From NCBI GenBank assembly GCA_009914755.4, contig CP086569.2:29408001-29472000 (forward strand): a DNA stretch of 64,000 bases. Reading direction: 5' to 3'. The notes below the pieces were generated by a model. It made no database searches and was not told where the DNA came from. It saw only the letters and a program-made list of their open reading frames with translations. This document shows, piece by piece, positions 1 through 14,789 of the stretch (position 1 is its first letter; every line of letters begins with the position of its first letter). Position numbers and translations under genes: made by a program. Source of the DNA: the human T2T-CHM13v2.0 reference genome, Homo sapiens.

Positions 1-3000
1 GACTGCAATAGAAAGGATTCGAATGGAATGAAAAAGAATTGAATGGAATAGAACAGAATGGAATCAAATCGAATGAAATGGAATGGAATAGAAAGGAATG
101 GAATGAAATGGAATGGAAAGGATTCGAATGGAATGCAATCGAATGGAATGGAATCGAACGGAATGGAATAAAATGGAAGAAAACTGGCAAGAAATGGAAT
201 CGAAATGAATGGAGTGTTACGGAACGGACTCAAAAGGAATTGAATGTAATAGAATGGAGTGGAGTGGACTCGAATATAATGGACTGGAATGGAATGAAAT
301 CATATGGAATGGGAACGAATGGAATAGAATGGAAAGGAATGGAATCGAATGGAAAGGAATCGAATGGAAGGGAATGAAATTGAATCAACAGGAATGGAAG
401 GGAATAGAATAGACGGTAATGGAATGGACTCGAATAGAATGGACACCAATGCTCAAATTGAATGGACTCGAATGGAATGGAAACGAAAGGAATGTCATCG
501 AATGGAATTGAATCGATTGGAATGAAATCGCATAGAATGGAGTGGAATCAAATGGAATTGAATCGAAAGGAAAGGAAGCGAATGGACTGAAATGAAATGG
601 AATGGAATTGAATGGAAAGTAATGCAATGGAATAGAATGGAACGAAATTTCACGGAATGGAATCAAACTGAATGGAATCAAATCAATGGAATCTAATCAA
701 ATGGAATGGAAAGGAATTGAATGGAGTAGATTGGATTGGATGGGATTGGAATGAAATGTACTGGAAAGGACTCGAATTTCATGAAACGGAATGGAATGAA
801 TTGGAACGGAATGGACTCGAATGGAATGGAATGTCATGGAATGGCATCAAATGGAATGGCATCAAATGGAATGGAATCGAATGCAATGGAATGCTATGGA
901 ATGGAATGGAATGCATTGGAATGGAATGTCCTCTAATGGAATGGATTCGAGTGGAATGGAATCGAATATAATGGAGTCGAATGAAATGGAATTGAAAGGA
1001 ATGGGATCGAATACAATGGAATATACTGGAATGTAATGTAATGAGCTGGAATGTAATTGACTGGAATGGAATGTACATGAATGGAATGTAATCGAATGGA
1101 AAGTAATCCAATGGAATAGAATCTAATGCAATAATATCGACTCAGATAGAGTAGAATGTAATGGAATGGAGTGCAGTGAAATGGAATGGAATGGAATGGA
1201 ATGCAATGGAATGGAATGGAATGGAATGGAATGGAATGGAATGGAATGGAATGGGATGGAATGGTGTGGAATGGATAGTAATGGACTGGAGTGAAATGGA
1301 GTGGAAAGGAATGGACTCAAATTGAAAGGGCTCGAAAGGAATGGAGTCAAATGGAATGGTATGGAATGGAATGAACACGAATGTAAGGCAATCCAATAGA
1401 ATGGAATCGAATGGCATGGAATATAAAGAAATGGAATCGAAGAGAATGGAAACAAATGGAATGGAATTGAATGGAATGGAATTGAATGGAATGGGAACGA
1501 ATGGAGTGAAATTGTATGCAATAGAAGAGAATAGAATGGAATGCAAGCGAAAGGAAAGGAATAGATTGGAATGGAATGGAATTCATTGGAATGGAAGGGA
1601 ATGTAGTGTAATGGACAGGCCTGGAATAAAGTGGAATGCTACGGTCTCGAATGGAATAAAAATGTATGGAATGGAATGCAATGAAACGGAATCGAATGTC
1701 ATAGAATGTAATGGAATGCAAAAAATTGGAATCCAAAATCATTGACTGGAAAGGCTGGGTGTCGAAAGGAATTGACTCCAATGGAATGGAATCGAATGGA
1801 ATGGAAGTGAATAGAATCGAACTAAATCGAATGGAATGGAATTGATAGGAACGGAATGGAAAGGAATGCAATGATTTGGCATGGAATGGAATCGAATGGC
1901 ATCGAATGGAATGGAATGGAATGCAATGGAATGGAATGTATTAGAATGTAATGAACTTTAATGGAATGTACTCGAATGGATTCGACTGGAATGGAATGTT
2001 CTGGAAGTGAATGGACTCCAATGGAATGGATTCGAAAGGAATGGAATCGTACGGAATGGAATCTAATGGAATGGAATTAAATGGAAATGAATCAAATTGA
2101 ATAGCACGGAATTGAATTGAATGGAATCGAATGCAATGGAATCTAATGAAACGGAAAGGAAAGGAATGGAATGGAATGGAATGGGCTGGAATGGAAAGGA
2201 ATCGAAACGAATGGAATGGAATCGAACTGAAGAGACTGGAATGGAATGCACTGGAATGGAAGGGAGTGTAATGGAAGGTTCTCGAAAAAAATGGAATCGA
2301 ATGGAATGGAATTGAATGGAACGGAATAGAGTCGAATGGAATTGAATGGAATGGAATGGACTAGAGTGAAATGGAATCGAACCACAAGGAATGGACAGGA
2401 ATAGAATGGTCTCGAATTGAATGGAATCGTATGGAATGGCATCAAACGGAATGGAATGGACAGCCACGGAATGGAATGCACTCGAATGCAATGGAGTCGA
2501 AACTAATGGACTGGAATAGAATGGACTCGACTGGTACGGACTCCAATGGAATGGAATCGAATGGAAGGGAATCGAACGGAATGGACTCGAAGGGAAAAGA
2601 CTGCAATGGAAAGGTCTCGAATGGAATGGAAATTAATGGAATGGAATGGAATCGAATGAAATGGAGTCAAAAGGAATGGAATCGAATGGCAAGAAATCGA
2701 ATGTAATGGAATCGCAAGGAATTGATGTGAACGGAACGGAATGGAATGGAATCCAAAGGAATGGAATAGAATGGAATGGAATCGAATGGAAAGGACTCGA
2801 ATGGAAATCACTCGAATAGAATGCAATTTAATAAAATAGGATCAAATGTAATGGAATGGAATGGAAAGGAATCGAAACGAAAGGAATGGAGACAGATGGA
2901 ATGGAATGGAACAGAGAGCAATGGTATAGAATGGAATGGAATCATCTGGAATGGAATTGAATGGAATGGAATAATATGAAATGGAATGGAATGGAATGGA

Positions 3001-3569
3001 ATGGAATGCCCTTGAATTAAATGGACTGGAATGGAATGGACTCGAACAGAGTGGAATGGAAAGTGTTGAGATAGAATGGAATGGACTCCTTTGGAATGGT
3101 GTAGTATGCAATGCAATCGACTGGCAGGGAATCAAAAGGAATGTAATCGAATGGATTGGAGTGGAATGCAATGGACTCGAATAGATTGGAAACGGAATGC
3201 AAAGGAATGGAATGGAATAGTATGGAATGGAATGGAAAGGAATGGAGTGGAATAGACTAGAGTGGAATGGAATGGACTGGAAAGCAATGGACTGGAATGG
3301 AACTTTATTGAATGGACTGGAATCAAACGGAATGGAATGCAATGCAATCAAATGGCATGGAATAAAATAGAATGAAAGAGAATCAAATGGAATTGAATCG
3401 AATGGAATCGAATGGATTGGAAAGGAATAGAATGGAATGGAATGGAATTGACTCAAATGGAATGGACTAGAATGGAATGGATTCGAATGGAAGGCAAAGG
3501 AATGGAATCTATTGGAATGGACTGTAATGGAATGGAATGGAAGGGATTGGAATGGACTCGAATGGAATG
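1..3569. repeat. HOR unit 1, full length (3569 bp), canonical
   Basis: The landmark 'gactgcaatagaaagg' at 1 recurs at 3570, and the ORF at 39..377 recurs at 3608..3946. Confidence 0.85.
1618..1621. other. HaeIII (GGCC) site inside the unit's most degenerate landmark block 'atggacaggcctggaataaagtggaatgctacggtctcg'. It is apparently the only GGCC per canonical unit.
   Basis: GGCC recurs at the same unit offset at 5202, 8726, 12294, 14013, 16412 and other positions. It is absent in unit 6, where the sequence is TGCC at 19961–19964. Confidence 0.7.
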
Positions 3570-6500
3570 GACTGCAATAGAAAGGATTCGAATGGAATGA
3601 AAAAGAATTGAATGGAATAGAACAGAATGGAATCAAATCGAATGAAATGGAATGGAATAGAAAGGAATGGAATGAAATGGAATGGAAAGGATTCGAATGG
3701 AATGCAATCGAATGGAATGGAATCGAACGGAATGGAATAAAATGGAAGAAAACTGGCAAGAAATGGAATCGAAATGAATGGAGTGTTATGGAACGGACTC
3801 AAAAGGAATTGAATGTAATAGAATGGAGTGGAGTGGACTCGAATATAATGGACTGGAATGGAATGAAATCACATGGAATGGGAACGAATGGAATGGAATG
3901 GAAAGGAATGGAATCGAATGGAAAGGAATCGAATGGAAGGGAATGAAATTGAATCAACAGGAATGGAAGGGAATAGAATAGACGGTAATGGAATGGACTC
4001 GAATAGAATGGACACGAATGCTCAAATTGAATGTACTCGAATGGAATGGAAACGAAAGGAATGTCATCGAATGGAATTGAATCGATTGGAATGAAATCGC
4101 ATAGAATGGAGTGGAATCAAATGGAATTGAATCGAAAGGAAAGGAAGCGAATGGACTGAAATGAAATGGAATGGAATTGAATGGAAAGTAATGCAATGGA
4201 ATAGAATGGAACGAAATTTCACGGAATGGAATCAAACTGAATGGAATCAAATCAATGGAATCAAATCAAATGGAATGGAAAGGAATTGAATGGAGTAGAT
4301 TGGATTGGATGGGATTGGAATGAAATGTACTGGAAAGGACTCGAATTTCATGAAACGGAATGGAATGAATTGGAACGGAATGGACTCGAATGGAATGGAA
4401 TGCCATGGAATGGCATCAAATGGAATGGCATCAAATGGAATGGAATCGAATGCAATGGAATGCTATGGAATGGAATGGAATGCATTGGAATGGAATGTCC
4501 TCTAATGGAATGGATTCGAGTGGAATGGAATCGAATATAATGGAGTCGAATGAAATGGAATTGAAAGGAATGGGATCGAATACAATGGAATATACTGGAA
4601 TGTAATGTAATGAACTCGAATGTAATTGACTGGAATGGAATGTACATGAATGGAATGTAATCGAATGGAAAGTAATCCAATGGAATAGAATCTAATGCAA
4701 TAAAATCGACTCAGATAGAGTAGAATGTAACGGAATGGAGTGGAGTGCAATGGAATGGAATGGAATGGAATGCAATGGAATGGAATGGAATGGAATGGAA
4801 TGGAATGGAATGGAATGGAATGGAATGGGATGGAATGGGATGGAATGGTATGGAATGGATAGTAATGGACTGGAGTGAAATGGACTGGAAAGGAATGGAC
4901 TCAAATTGAAAGGGCTCGAAAGGAATGGAGTCAAATGGAATGGTCTGGAATGGAATGAACACGAATGTAATGCAATCCAATAGAATGGAATCGAATGGCA
5001 TGGAATATAAAGAAATGGAATCGAAGAGAATGGAAACAAATGGAATGGAATTGAATGGAATGGAATTGAATGGAATGGGAACGAATGGAGTGAAATTGTA
5101 TGCAGTAGAAGGGAATAGAATGGAATGCAAGCGAAAGGAAAGGAATGGATTGGAATGGAATGGAATTCATTGGAATGGAAGGGAATTTAGTGTAATGGAC
5201 AGGCCTGGAATAAAGTGGAATGCTACGGTCTCGAATGGAATAAAAATGTATGGAATGGAATGCAATGAAACGGAATCGAATGTCATAGAATGTAATGGAA
5301 TGCAACAAAATGGAATCCAAAATCATTGACTGGAAAGGCTGGGTGTCGAAAGGAATTGACTCCAATGGAATGGAATCGAATGGAATGGAAGTGAATAGAA
5401 TCGAACTAAATCGAATGGAATGGAATTGATAGGAACGGAATGGAAAGGAATGCAATGATTTGGCATGGAATGGAATCGAATGGCATCGAATGGAATGGAA
5501 TGGAATGCAATGGAATGGAATGTATTAGAATGTAATGAACTTTAATGGAATGTACTCAAATGGATTCGACTGGAATGGAATGTTCTGGAAGTGAATGGAC
5601 TACAATGGAATGGATTCAAAAGGAATGGAATCGTACGGAATGGAATCTAATGGAATGGAATTAAATGGAAATGAATCAAATTGAATAGCACGGAATTGAA
5701 TTGAATGGAATGGAATGCAATGGAATCTAATGAAACGGAAAGGAAAGGAATGGAATGGAATGGAATGGAATGGGCTGGAATGGAAAGGAATCGAAACGAA
5801 TGGAATGGAATCGAACTGAAGAGACTGGAATGGAATGCACTGGAATGGAAGGGAGTGTAATGGAAGGTTCTCGAAAAAAATGGAATCGAATGGAATGGAA
5901 TTGAATGGAACGGAATAGAGTCGAATGGAATTGAATGGAATGGAATGGACTAGAGTGAAATGGAATCGAACCACAAGGAATGGAGAGGAATAGAATGGTC
6001 TCGAATTGAATGGAATCGTATGGAATGGCATCAAACGGAATGGAATGGACAGCCACGGAATGGAATGCACTCGAATGCAATGGAGTCGAAACTAATGGAC
6101 TGGAATAGAATGGACTCGACTGGTACGGACTCCAATGGAATGGAATCGAATGGAAGGGAATCGAACGGAATGGACTCGAAGGGAAAAGACTGCAATGGAA
6201 AGGTCTCGAATGGAATGGAAATTAATGGCATGGAATGGAATCGAATGAAATGGAGTCAAAAGGAATGGAATCGAATGGCAAGAAATCGAATGTAATGGAA
6301 TCGCAAGGAATTGATGTGAACGGAACGGAATGGAATGGAATCCAAAGGAATGGAATAGAATGGAATGGAATCGAATGGAAAGGACTCGAATGGAAATCAC
6401 TCGAATAGAATGCAATTTAATAAAATAGGATCAAATGTAATGGAATGGAATGGAAAGGAATCAAAACGAAAGGAATGGAGTCAGATGGAATGGAATGGAA

Positions 6501-7153
6501 CAGAGAGCAATGGTATAGAATGGAATGGAATCATCTGGAATGGAATTGAATGGAATGGAATAATATGAAATGGAATGGAATGGAATGGAATGTCCTTGAA
6601 TTAAATGGACTGGAATGGAATGGACTCGAACAGAGTGGAATGGAAAGTGTTGAGATAGAATGGAATGGACTCCTTTGGAATGGTCTAGTATGCAATGCAA
6701 TCGACTGGCAGGGAATCAAAAGGAATGTAATGGAATGGATTGGACTGGAATGCAATGGACTCGAATAGATTGGAAACGGAATGTAAAGGAATGGAATGGA
6801 ATAGTATGGAATGGAATGGAAAGGAATGGAGTGGAATAGACTAGAGTGGAATGGAATGGACTCGAAAGCAATGGACTGGAATGGAACTTTCTTGAATGGA
6901 CTGGAATCAAACGGAATGGAATGCAATGCAATCAAATGGCATGGAATAAAATAGAATGAAAGAGAATCAAATGGAATTGAATCGAATGGAATCGAATGGA
7001 TTGGAAAGGAATAGAATGGAATGGAATGGAATTGACTCAAATGGAATGGACTAGAATGGAATGGATTCGAATGGAAGGCAAAGGAATGGAATCTATTGGA
7101 ATGGACTTTAATGGAATGGAATGGAAGGGATTGGAATGGACTCGAATGGAATG
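3570..7153. repeat. HOR unit 2, full length (3584 bp), with an expanded pure (GGAAT)n tract near 4779–4850
   Basis: Same landmark order as unit 1. It is 15 bp longer, and the difference is localised to the GGAAT-tract region. Confidence 0.85.
4779..4850. repeat. Near-pure (GGAAT)n microsatellite-like tract, one of the longest in the window. The equivalent tract is shorter in other units (for example 1207–1253 and 8290–8350).
   Basis: Direct reading shows 'aatggaatggaatgg...' with only an occasional 'ggaatgggat' variant. Confidence 0.8.
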
Positions 7154-10100
7154 GACTGCAATAGAAAGGATTCGAATGGAATGAAAAAGAATTGAATGGA
7201 AGAGAACAGAATGGAATCAAATCGAATGAAATGGAATGGAATAGAAAGGAATGGAATGAAATGGAATGGAAAGGATTCGAATGGAATGCAATCGAATGGA
7301 ATGGAATCGAACGGAATGGAATAAAATGGAAGAAAACTGGCAAGAAATGGAATCGAAATGAATGGAGTGTTATGGAACGGACTCAAAAGGAATTGAATGT
7401 AATAGAATGGAGTGGAGTGGACTCGAATATAATGGACTGGAATGGAATGAAATCACATGGAATGGGAACGAATGGAATGGAATGGAATGGAAGGGAATGA
7501 AATTGAATCAACAGGAATGGAAGGGAATAGAATAGACGGTAATGGAATGGACTCGAATAGAATGGACACGAATGCTCAAATTGAATGGACTCGAATGGAA
7601 TGGAAAAGAAAGGAATGTCACCGAATGGAATTGAATCGATTGAAATGAAATCGCATAGAATGGAGTGGAATCAAATGGAATTGAATCGAAAGGAAAGGAA
7701 GCGAATGGACTGAAATGAAATGGAATGGAATTGAATGGAAAGTAATGCAATGGAATAAAATGGAACGAAATTTCACGGAATGGAATCAAACTGAATGGAA
7801 TCAAATCAATGGAATATAATCAAATGGAATGGAAAGGAATAGAATGGAGTAGATTGGATTGGATGGGATTGGAATGAAATGGAATGGAAAGGACTCGAAT
7901 TTCAGGAAACAGAAGGGAATGAATTGGAACGGAATGGACTCGAATGGAATGGAATGTCATGGAATGGCATCAAATGGAATGGCATCAAATGGAATGGAAT
8001 CGAATGCACTGGAATGCTATGGAATGGAATGGAATGCATTGGAATGGAATGTCCTCTAATGGAATGGATTCGAGTGGAATGGAATCGAATATAATGGAGT
8101 CGAATGAAATGGAATTGAAATGAATGGGATCGAATACAATGGAATATACTGGAATGAAACGTAATGAACTCGAATGTAATTGACTGGAATGGGATGTACA
8201 TGAATGGAATGTAATCGAATGGAAAGTAATCCAATGGAATAGAATCCAATGCAATAAAATCGACTCAAATAGAATAGAATGTAATAGAATGGAGTGCAGT
8301 GCAATGGAATGGAATGGAATGGAAAGCAATGGAATGGAATGGAATGGCATGGAATAGAATGGGACGGAATGGTATGGAATGGATAGTAATGGACTGGAGT
8401 GAAATGGGCTGGAAAGCAATGGACTCAATTTGAAAGCGCTCGAAACGAATGGAGTCAAATGGAATGGTCCGGAATGGAATGAACACGAATGTAATGCAAT
8501 CCAATAGAATTGAATCGAATGGCATGGAATATAAAGAAATGGAATCGAAGAGAATGGAAACAAATGGAATGGAATTGAATGGAATGGAATTGAATGGAAT
8601 GGGAACGAATGGAGTGAAATTGTATGCAGCAGAAGAGTATAGAATGGAATGCAAGCAAAAGGAAAGGAATGGATTGGAATGGAATGGAATTCATTGGAAT
8701 GGAAGGGAATGTAGTGTAATGGACAGGCCTGGAATAAAGTGGAATGCTACGGTCTCGAATGGAATAAAAATGTATGGAATGGAACGCAATGAAACGGAAT
8801 CGAATGTCATAGAATGTAATGGAATGCAACAAAATGGAATCCAAATCATTGACTGGAAAGGCTGGGTGTCGAAAGGAATTGACTACAATGGAATGGAATC
8901 GAATGGAATGGAAGTGAGTAGAATCGAACTAAATCGAATGGAATGGAATTGATAGGAACGGAATGGAAAGGAATGCAATGATTTGGCATGGAAAGGAATC
9001 GAATGGCATCGAATGGAATGGAATGGAATGCAATGGAATGCAATGTATTAGAGTGAAATGAACTTTAATGGAATGTACTCGAATGGATTCGACTGGAATC
9101 GAATGTTCTGGAAGTGAATGGACTCCAATGGAATGGATTCGAAAGGAATGGAATCGAACGGAATGGAATCTAATGGACTGGAATTAAATGGAAACGAATC
9201 AAATTGAATAGCACGGAATTGAATTGAATGGAATCGAATGCAATGGAATCTAATGAAACGGAAAGGAAAGGAATGGAATGGAATGGGCTGGAATGGAATG
9301 GAATCGAAACGAATGGAATGGAATCGAACTGAAGAGACTGGAATGGAATGCACTGGAATGGAAGGGAGTGTAATGGAAGGTTCTCGAAAACAATGGAATC
9401 GAATGGAATGGAATTGAATGGAACGGAATAGAGTCGAATGGAATTGAATGGAATGGAATGGACTAGAGTGAAATGGAATCGAACCACAAGGAATGGACAG
9501 GAATAGAATGGTCTCGAATTGAATGGAATCGTATGGAATGGCATCAAACGGAATGGAATGGACAGCCACGGAATGGAATGCACTCGAATGCAATGGAGTC
9601 GAAACTAATGGACTGGAATAGAATGGACTCGACTGGTACGGACTCCAATGGAATGGAATCGAATGGAAGGGAATCGAACGGAATGGACTCGAAGGGAAAA
9701 GACTGCAATGGGAAGGTCTCGAATGGAATGGAAATTAATGGAGTGGAATGGAATGGAATCGAATGAAATGGAGTCAAAAGGAATGGAATCGAATGGCAAG
9801 AAATCGAATGTAATGGAAGCGCAAGGAATTGATGTGAACGGAACGGAATGGTATGGAATCCAAAGGAATGGAATAGAATGGAATGGAATCGAATGGAAAG
9901 GACTCGAATGGAAATCACTCGAATAGAATTCAATTTAATAAAACAGGATCAAATGTAATGGAATGGAATGGAAAGGAATCGAAACGAAAGGAATGGAGAC
10001 AGATGGAATGGAATGGAACAGAGAGCAATGGTATAGAATGGAATGGAATCATCTGGAATGGAATTGAATGGAATGGAATAATATGAAATGGAATGGAATG

Positions 10101-10671
10101 GAATGGAATGCCCTTGAATTAAATGGACTGGAATGGAATGGACTCGAACAGAGTGGAATGGAAAGTGTTGAAATAGAATGGAATGGACTCCTTTGGAATG
10201 GTGTAGTATGCAATGCAATCGACTGGCAGGGAATCAAAAGGAATGTAATCGAATGGATTGGACTGGAATGCAATGGACTCGAATAGATTGGAAACGGAAT
10301 GCAAAGGAATGGAATGGAATAGTATGGAATGGAATGGAAAGGAATGGAGTGGAATAGACTAGAGTGGAAAGGAATGGACTGGAAAGCAATGGACTGGAAT
10401 GGAACTTTCTTGAATGGACTGGAATCAAACGGAATGGAATGCAATGCAATCAAATGGCATGCAATAAAATAGAATGAAAGAGAATCAAATGGAATTGAAT
10501 CGAATGTAATCGAATGGATTGGAAAGGAATAGAATGGAATGGAATGGAATTGACTCAAATGGAATGGACTAGAATGGAATGGATTCGAATGGAAGGCAAA
10601 GGAATGGAATCTATTGGAATGGACTGTAATGGAATGGAATGGAAGAGATTGGAACGGACTCGAATGGAATG
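7154..10671. repeat. HOR unit 3, full length (3518 bp), with a contracted pentamer tract near 8290–8350 and private variants ('gaaagcgctcgaaacg')
   Basis: Landmarks are collinear with units 1 and 2. A shortened pentamer tract accounts for the roughly 50-bp length difference. Confidence 0.8.
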
Positions 10672-13600
10672 GACTGCAATAGAAAGGATTAGAAAGGAAT
10701 GAAAAAGAATTGAATGGAATAGAACAGAATGGAATCAAATCGAATGAAATGGAATGGAATAGAAAGGAATGGAATGAAATGGAATGGAAAGGATTCGAAT
10801 GGAATGCAATCGAATGGAATGCAATCGAACGGAATGGAATCGAACGGAATGGAATAAAATGGAAGAAAACTGGTAAGAAAAGGAATCGAAATGAATGGAG
10901 TGGTATGGAACGGATTCAAAAGGAATTGAATGTAATAGAATGGAGTGGAGTGGACTCGAATATAATGGACTGGAATGGAATGAAATCACATGGAATGGGA
11001 ACGAATGGAATGGAATGGAAAGGAATGGAATCGAATGGAAAGGAATCGAATGGAAGGGAATGAAATTGAATCAGCAGGAATGGAAGGGAGTAGAATAGAC
11101 GGAAATGGAATGGACTCGAAGAGAATGGACACGAATGCTCAAATTGAATGGACTCGAATGGAATGGAAAAGAAAGGAATGTCATCGAATGGAATTGAATC
11201 GATTGGAATGAAATCGCATGGAATGGAGTGGAATCAAATGGATTTGAATCGAAAGGAAAGGAAGCGAATGGACTGAAATGAAATGGAATGGAATTGAATG
11301 GAAAGTAATGCAATGGAATAGAATGGAACGAAATTTCACGGAATGGAATCAAACTGAATGGAATCAAATTAATGGAATATAATCAAATGGAATGGAAAGG
11401 AATTGAATGGAGTAGATTGGATTGGATGGGATTGGAATGAAATGTACTGGAAAGGACTCGCATTTCATGAAACGGAATGGAATGAATTGGAACGGAATGG
11501 ACTCGAATGGAATGGAATGTCATGGAATGGAATCAACTGGAATGGCATTAAATGGAATGGAATCGAATGCAATGGAATGCTATGCAATGGAATGGAATGC
11601 ATTGGAATGGAATGTCCTCTAATGGAATGGATTCGAGTGGAATGGAATCGAATATAATGGAGTCGAATGAAATGGAATTGAAAGGAATGGGATCGAATAC
11701 AATGGAATATAGTGGAATGTAACGTAATGAACTCGAATGTAATTGACTGAAATGGAATGTACATGAATGGAATGTAATCGAAAGGAAAGTAATCCAGTGC
11801 AATAGAATCTAATGCAATAAAATCGACTCAAATAGAATAGAATGTAATGGAATGGAGTACAGTGCAATGGAATGGAATGGAATGGATTGGAATGCAACGG
11901 AATGGAACGGAATAGAATGGAATAGAATGGGATGGAATGGTATGGAATGGATAGTAATGGACTGGAGTGAAATGGACTGGAAAGCAATGGACTCAAATTG
12001 AAAGCGCTCGAAACGAATGGAGTGAAATGGAATGGTCTGGAATCGAGTGAACACGAATGTAATGCAATCCAATAGAATGGAATCGAATGGCATGGAATAT
12101 AAAGAAATGGAATCGAAGAGAATGGAAACAGATGGAATGGAATTTAATGGAATGGAATTGAATGGAATGGGAACGAATGGAGTGAAATTGTATGCAGTAG
12201 AAGAGAATAGAATGGAATGCAAGCGAAAGGAAAGGAATGGATTGGAATGGAATGGAATTCATCGGAATGGAAGGGAATGTAGTGTAATGGACAGGCCTGG
12301 AATAAAGTGGAATGCTACGGTCTCGAAAGGAATAAAAATGTATGGAATGGAATGCAATGAAACGGAATCGAATGTCATAGAATGTAATGGAATGCAAAAA
12401 AATGGAATCCAGAATCATTGACTGGAAAGGCTGGGTGTCGAAAGGAATTGACTCCAATGGAATGGAATCGAATGGAATGGAAGTGAGTAGAATCAAACTA
12501 AATCGAATGGAATGGAATTGATAGGAACGGAATGGAAAGGAATGCAATGATTTGGCATGGAATGGAATCGAATGGCATCGAATGGAATGGAATGGAATGC
12601 AATGGAATGGAATGTATTAGAATGTAATGAACTTTAATGGAATGTACTCGAATGGATTCGACTGGAATGGAATGTTCTGGAAGTGAATGGACGCCAAAGG
12701 AATGGATTCGAAAGGAATGGAATCGAACGGAATGGAATCTAATGGAATGGAATTAAATGGAAATGAATCAAATTGAATAGCACGGAATTGAATTGAATGG
12801 AATCGAATGCAATGGAATCTAATGAAACGGAAAGGAAAGGAATGGAATTGAATGGAATGGGCTGGAATGGAAAGGAATCGAAACGAATGGAATGGAATCG
12901 AACTGAAGAGACTGGAATGGAATGCACTGGAATGAAAGGGAGTGTAATGGAAAGCTCTCGAAAAAAACGGAATCGAATGGATTGGAATTGAATGGAACGG
13001 AACAGAGTCGAATGGAATTCAATGGAATGGAATGGACTAGAGTGAAATGGAATCGAACCACAAGGAATGGAAAGGAATAGAATGGTATCGAATTGAATGG
13101 AATCGTATGGAATGGTATCAAACGGAATGGAATGGACAGCCACGGAATGGAATGCATTCGAATGCAATGGAGTCGAAGCTAATGGACTGGAATAGAATGG
13201 ACTCGACTGGTACGGACTCCAATGGAATGGAATCGAATGGAAGGGAATCGAACGGAATGGACTCGAAGGGAAAAGACTGCAATGGAAAGGTCTCGAATGG
13301 AATGGAAATTAATGGAATGGAATGGAATCGAATGAAATGGAGTCAAAAGGAATGGAATCGAATGCAAGAAATCGAATGTAATGGAATCGCAAGGAATTGA
13401 TGTGAACGGAACGGAATGGAATGGAATCCAAAGGAATGGAATAGAATGGAATGGAATCGAATGGAAAGGACTCGAATGGAAATCACTCGAATAGAATGCA
13501 ATTTAATAAAATAGGATCAAATGTAATGGAATGGAATGGAAAGGAATCGAAACGAAAGGAATGGAGACAGATGGAATGGAATGGAACAGAGAGCAATGGT

Positions 13601-14789
13601 ATAGAATGGAATGGAATCATCTGGAATGGAATTGAATGGAATGGAATGGGATGGAATGGTATGGAATGGATAGTAATGGACTGGAGTGAAATGGACTGGA
13701 AAGGAATGGACTCAAATTGAAAGGGCTCGAAAGGAATGGAGTCAAATGGAATGGTCTGGAATGGAATGAACACGAATGTAATGCAATCCAATAGAATGGA
13801 ATCGAATGGCATGGAATATAAAGAAATGGAATCGAAGAGAATGGAAACAAATGGAAAGGAATTGAATGGAATGGAATTGAATGGAATGGGAAGGAATGGA
13901 GTGAAATTGTATGCAGTAGAAGAGAATAGAATGGAATGCAAGCGAAAGGAAAGGAATGGGTTGGAATGGAATGGATTTCATTGGAATGGAAGGGAATGTA
14001 GTGTAATGGACAGGCCTGGAATAAAGTGGAATGCTACGGTCTCGAATGGAATAAAAATGTATGGAATGGTATGCAATGAAACGGAATCGAATGTCATAGA
14101 ATGTAATGGAATGCAAAAAAATGGAATCCAAAATCATTGACTGGAAAGTCTGGGTTTCGAAAGGAATTGACGCCAATGGAATGGAATCGAATGGAATGGA
14201 AGTGAATAGAATCGAACTAAATCGAATGGAATGGAATTGATAGGAACGGAATGGAAAGGAAAGCAATGATTTGGCATGGAATGGAATCGAATGGCATCGA
14301 ATGGAATGGAATAGAATGCAATGGAATGGAATGTATTAGAATGTAATGAACATTAATGGAATGTAATCGAATGGATTGGACTGGAATGCAATGGACTCGA
14401 ATAGATTGGAAACGGAATGCCAAGGAATGGAATGGAATAGTATGGAATGGAATGGAAAGGAATGGAGTGGAATAGACTAGAGTGGAATGGAATGGACTGG
14501 AAAGCAATGGACTGGAATGGAACTTTCTTGAATGGACTGGAATCAAACGGAATGGAATGCAATGCAATCAAATGGCATGGAATAAAATAGAATGAAAGAG
14601 AATCAAATGGAATTGAATCGAAGGGAATCGAATGGATTGGAAAGGAATAGAATGGAATGGAATGGAATTGACTCAAATGGAATGGACTAGAATGGAATGG
14701 ATTCGAATGGAAGGCAAAGGAATGGAATCTATTGGAATGGACTGTAATGGAATGGAATGGAAGGGATTGGAATGGACTCGAATGGAATG
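10672..14789. repeat. HOR unit 4, complex long variant (4118 bp). It reads as unit offsets 0–2975, then a second copy of offsets ~1245–1968, then offsets ~3145–3569.
   Basis: There are junctions at about 13647 and about 14362. The block containing the MESNGMVWNGM ORF appears twice (12032.. and 13736..). GGCC occurs twice, at 12294 and 14013. Confidence 0.75.

Noticed and set aside
10672-14789. Possible mobile-element insertion accounting for the 4.1-kb unit
   Set aside because: The extra about 550 bp is itself DYZ1 sequence, a second copy of unit offsets ~1245–1968. There are no target-site duplications, no poly-A tail, and no LINE/SINE/LTR hallmarks.
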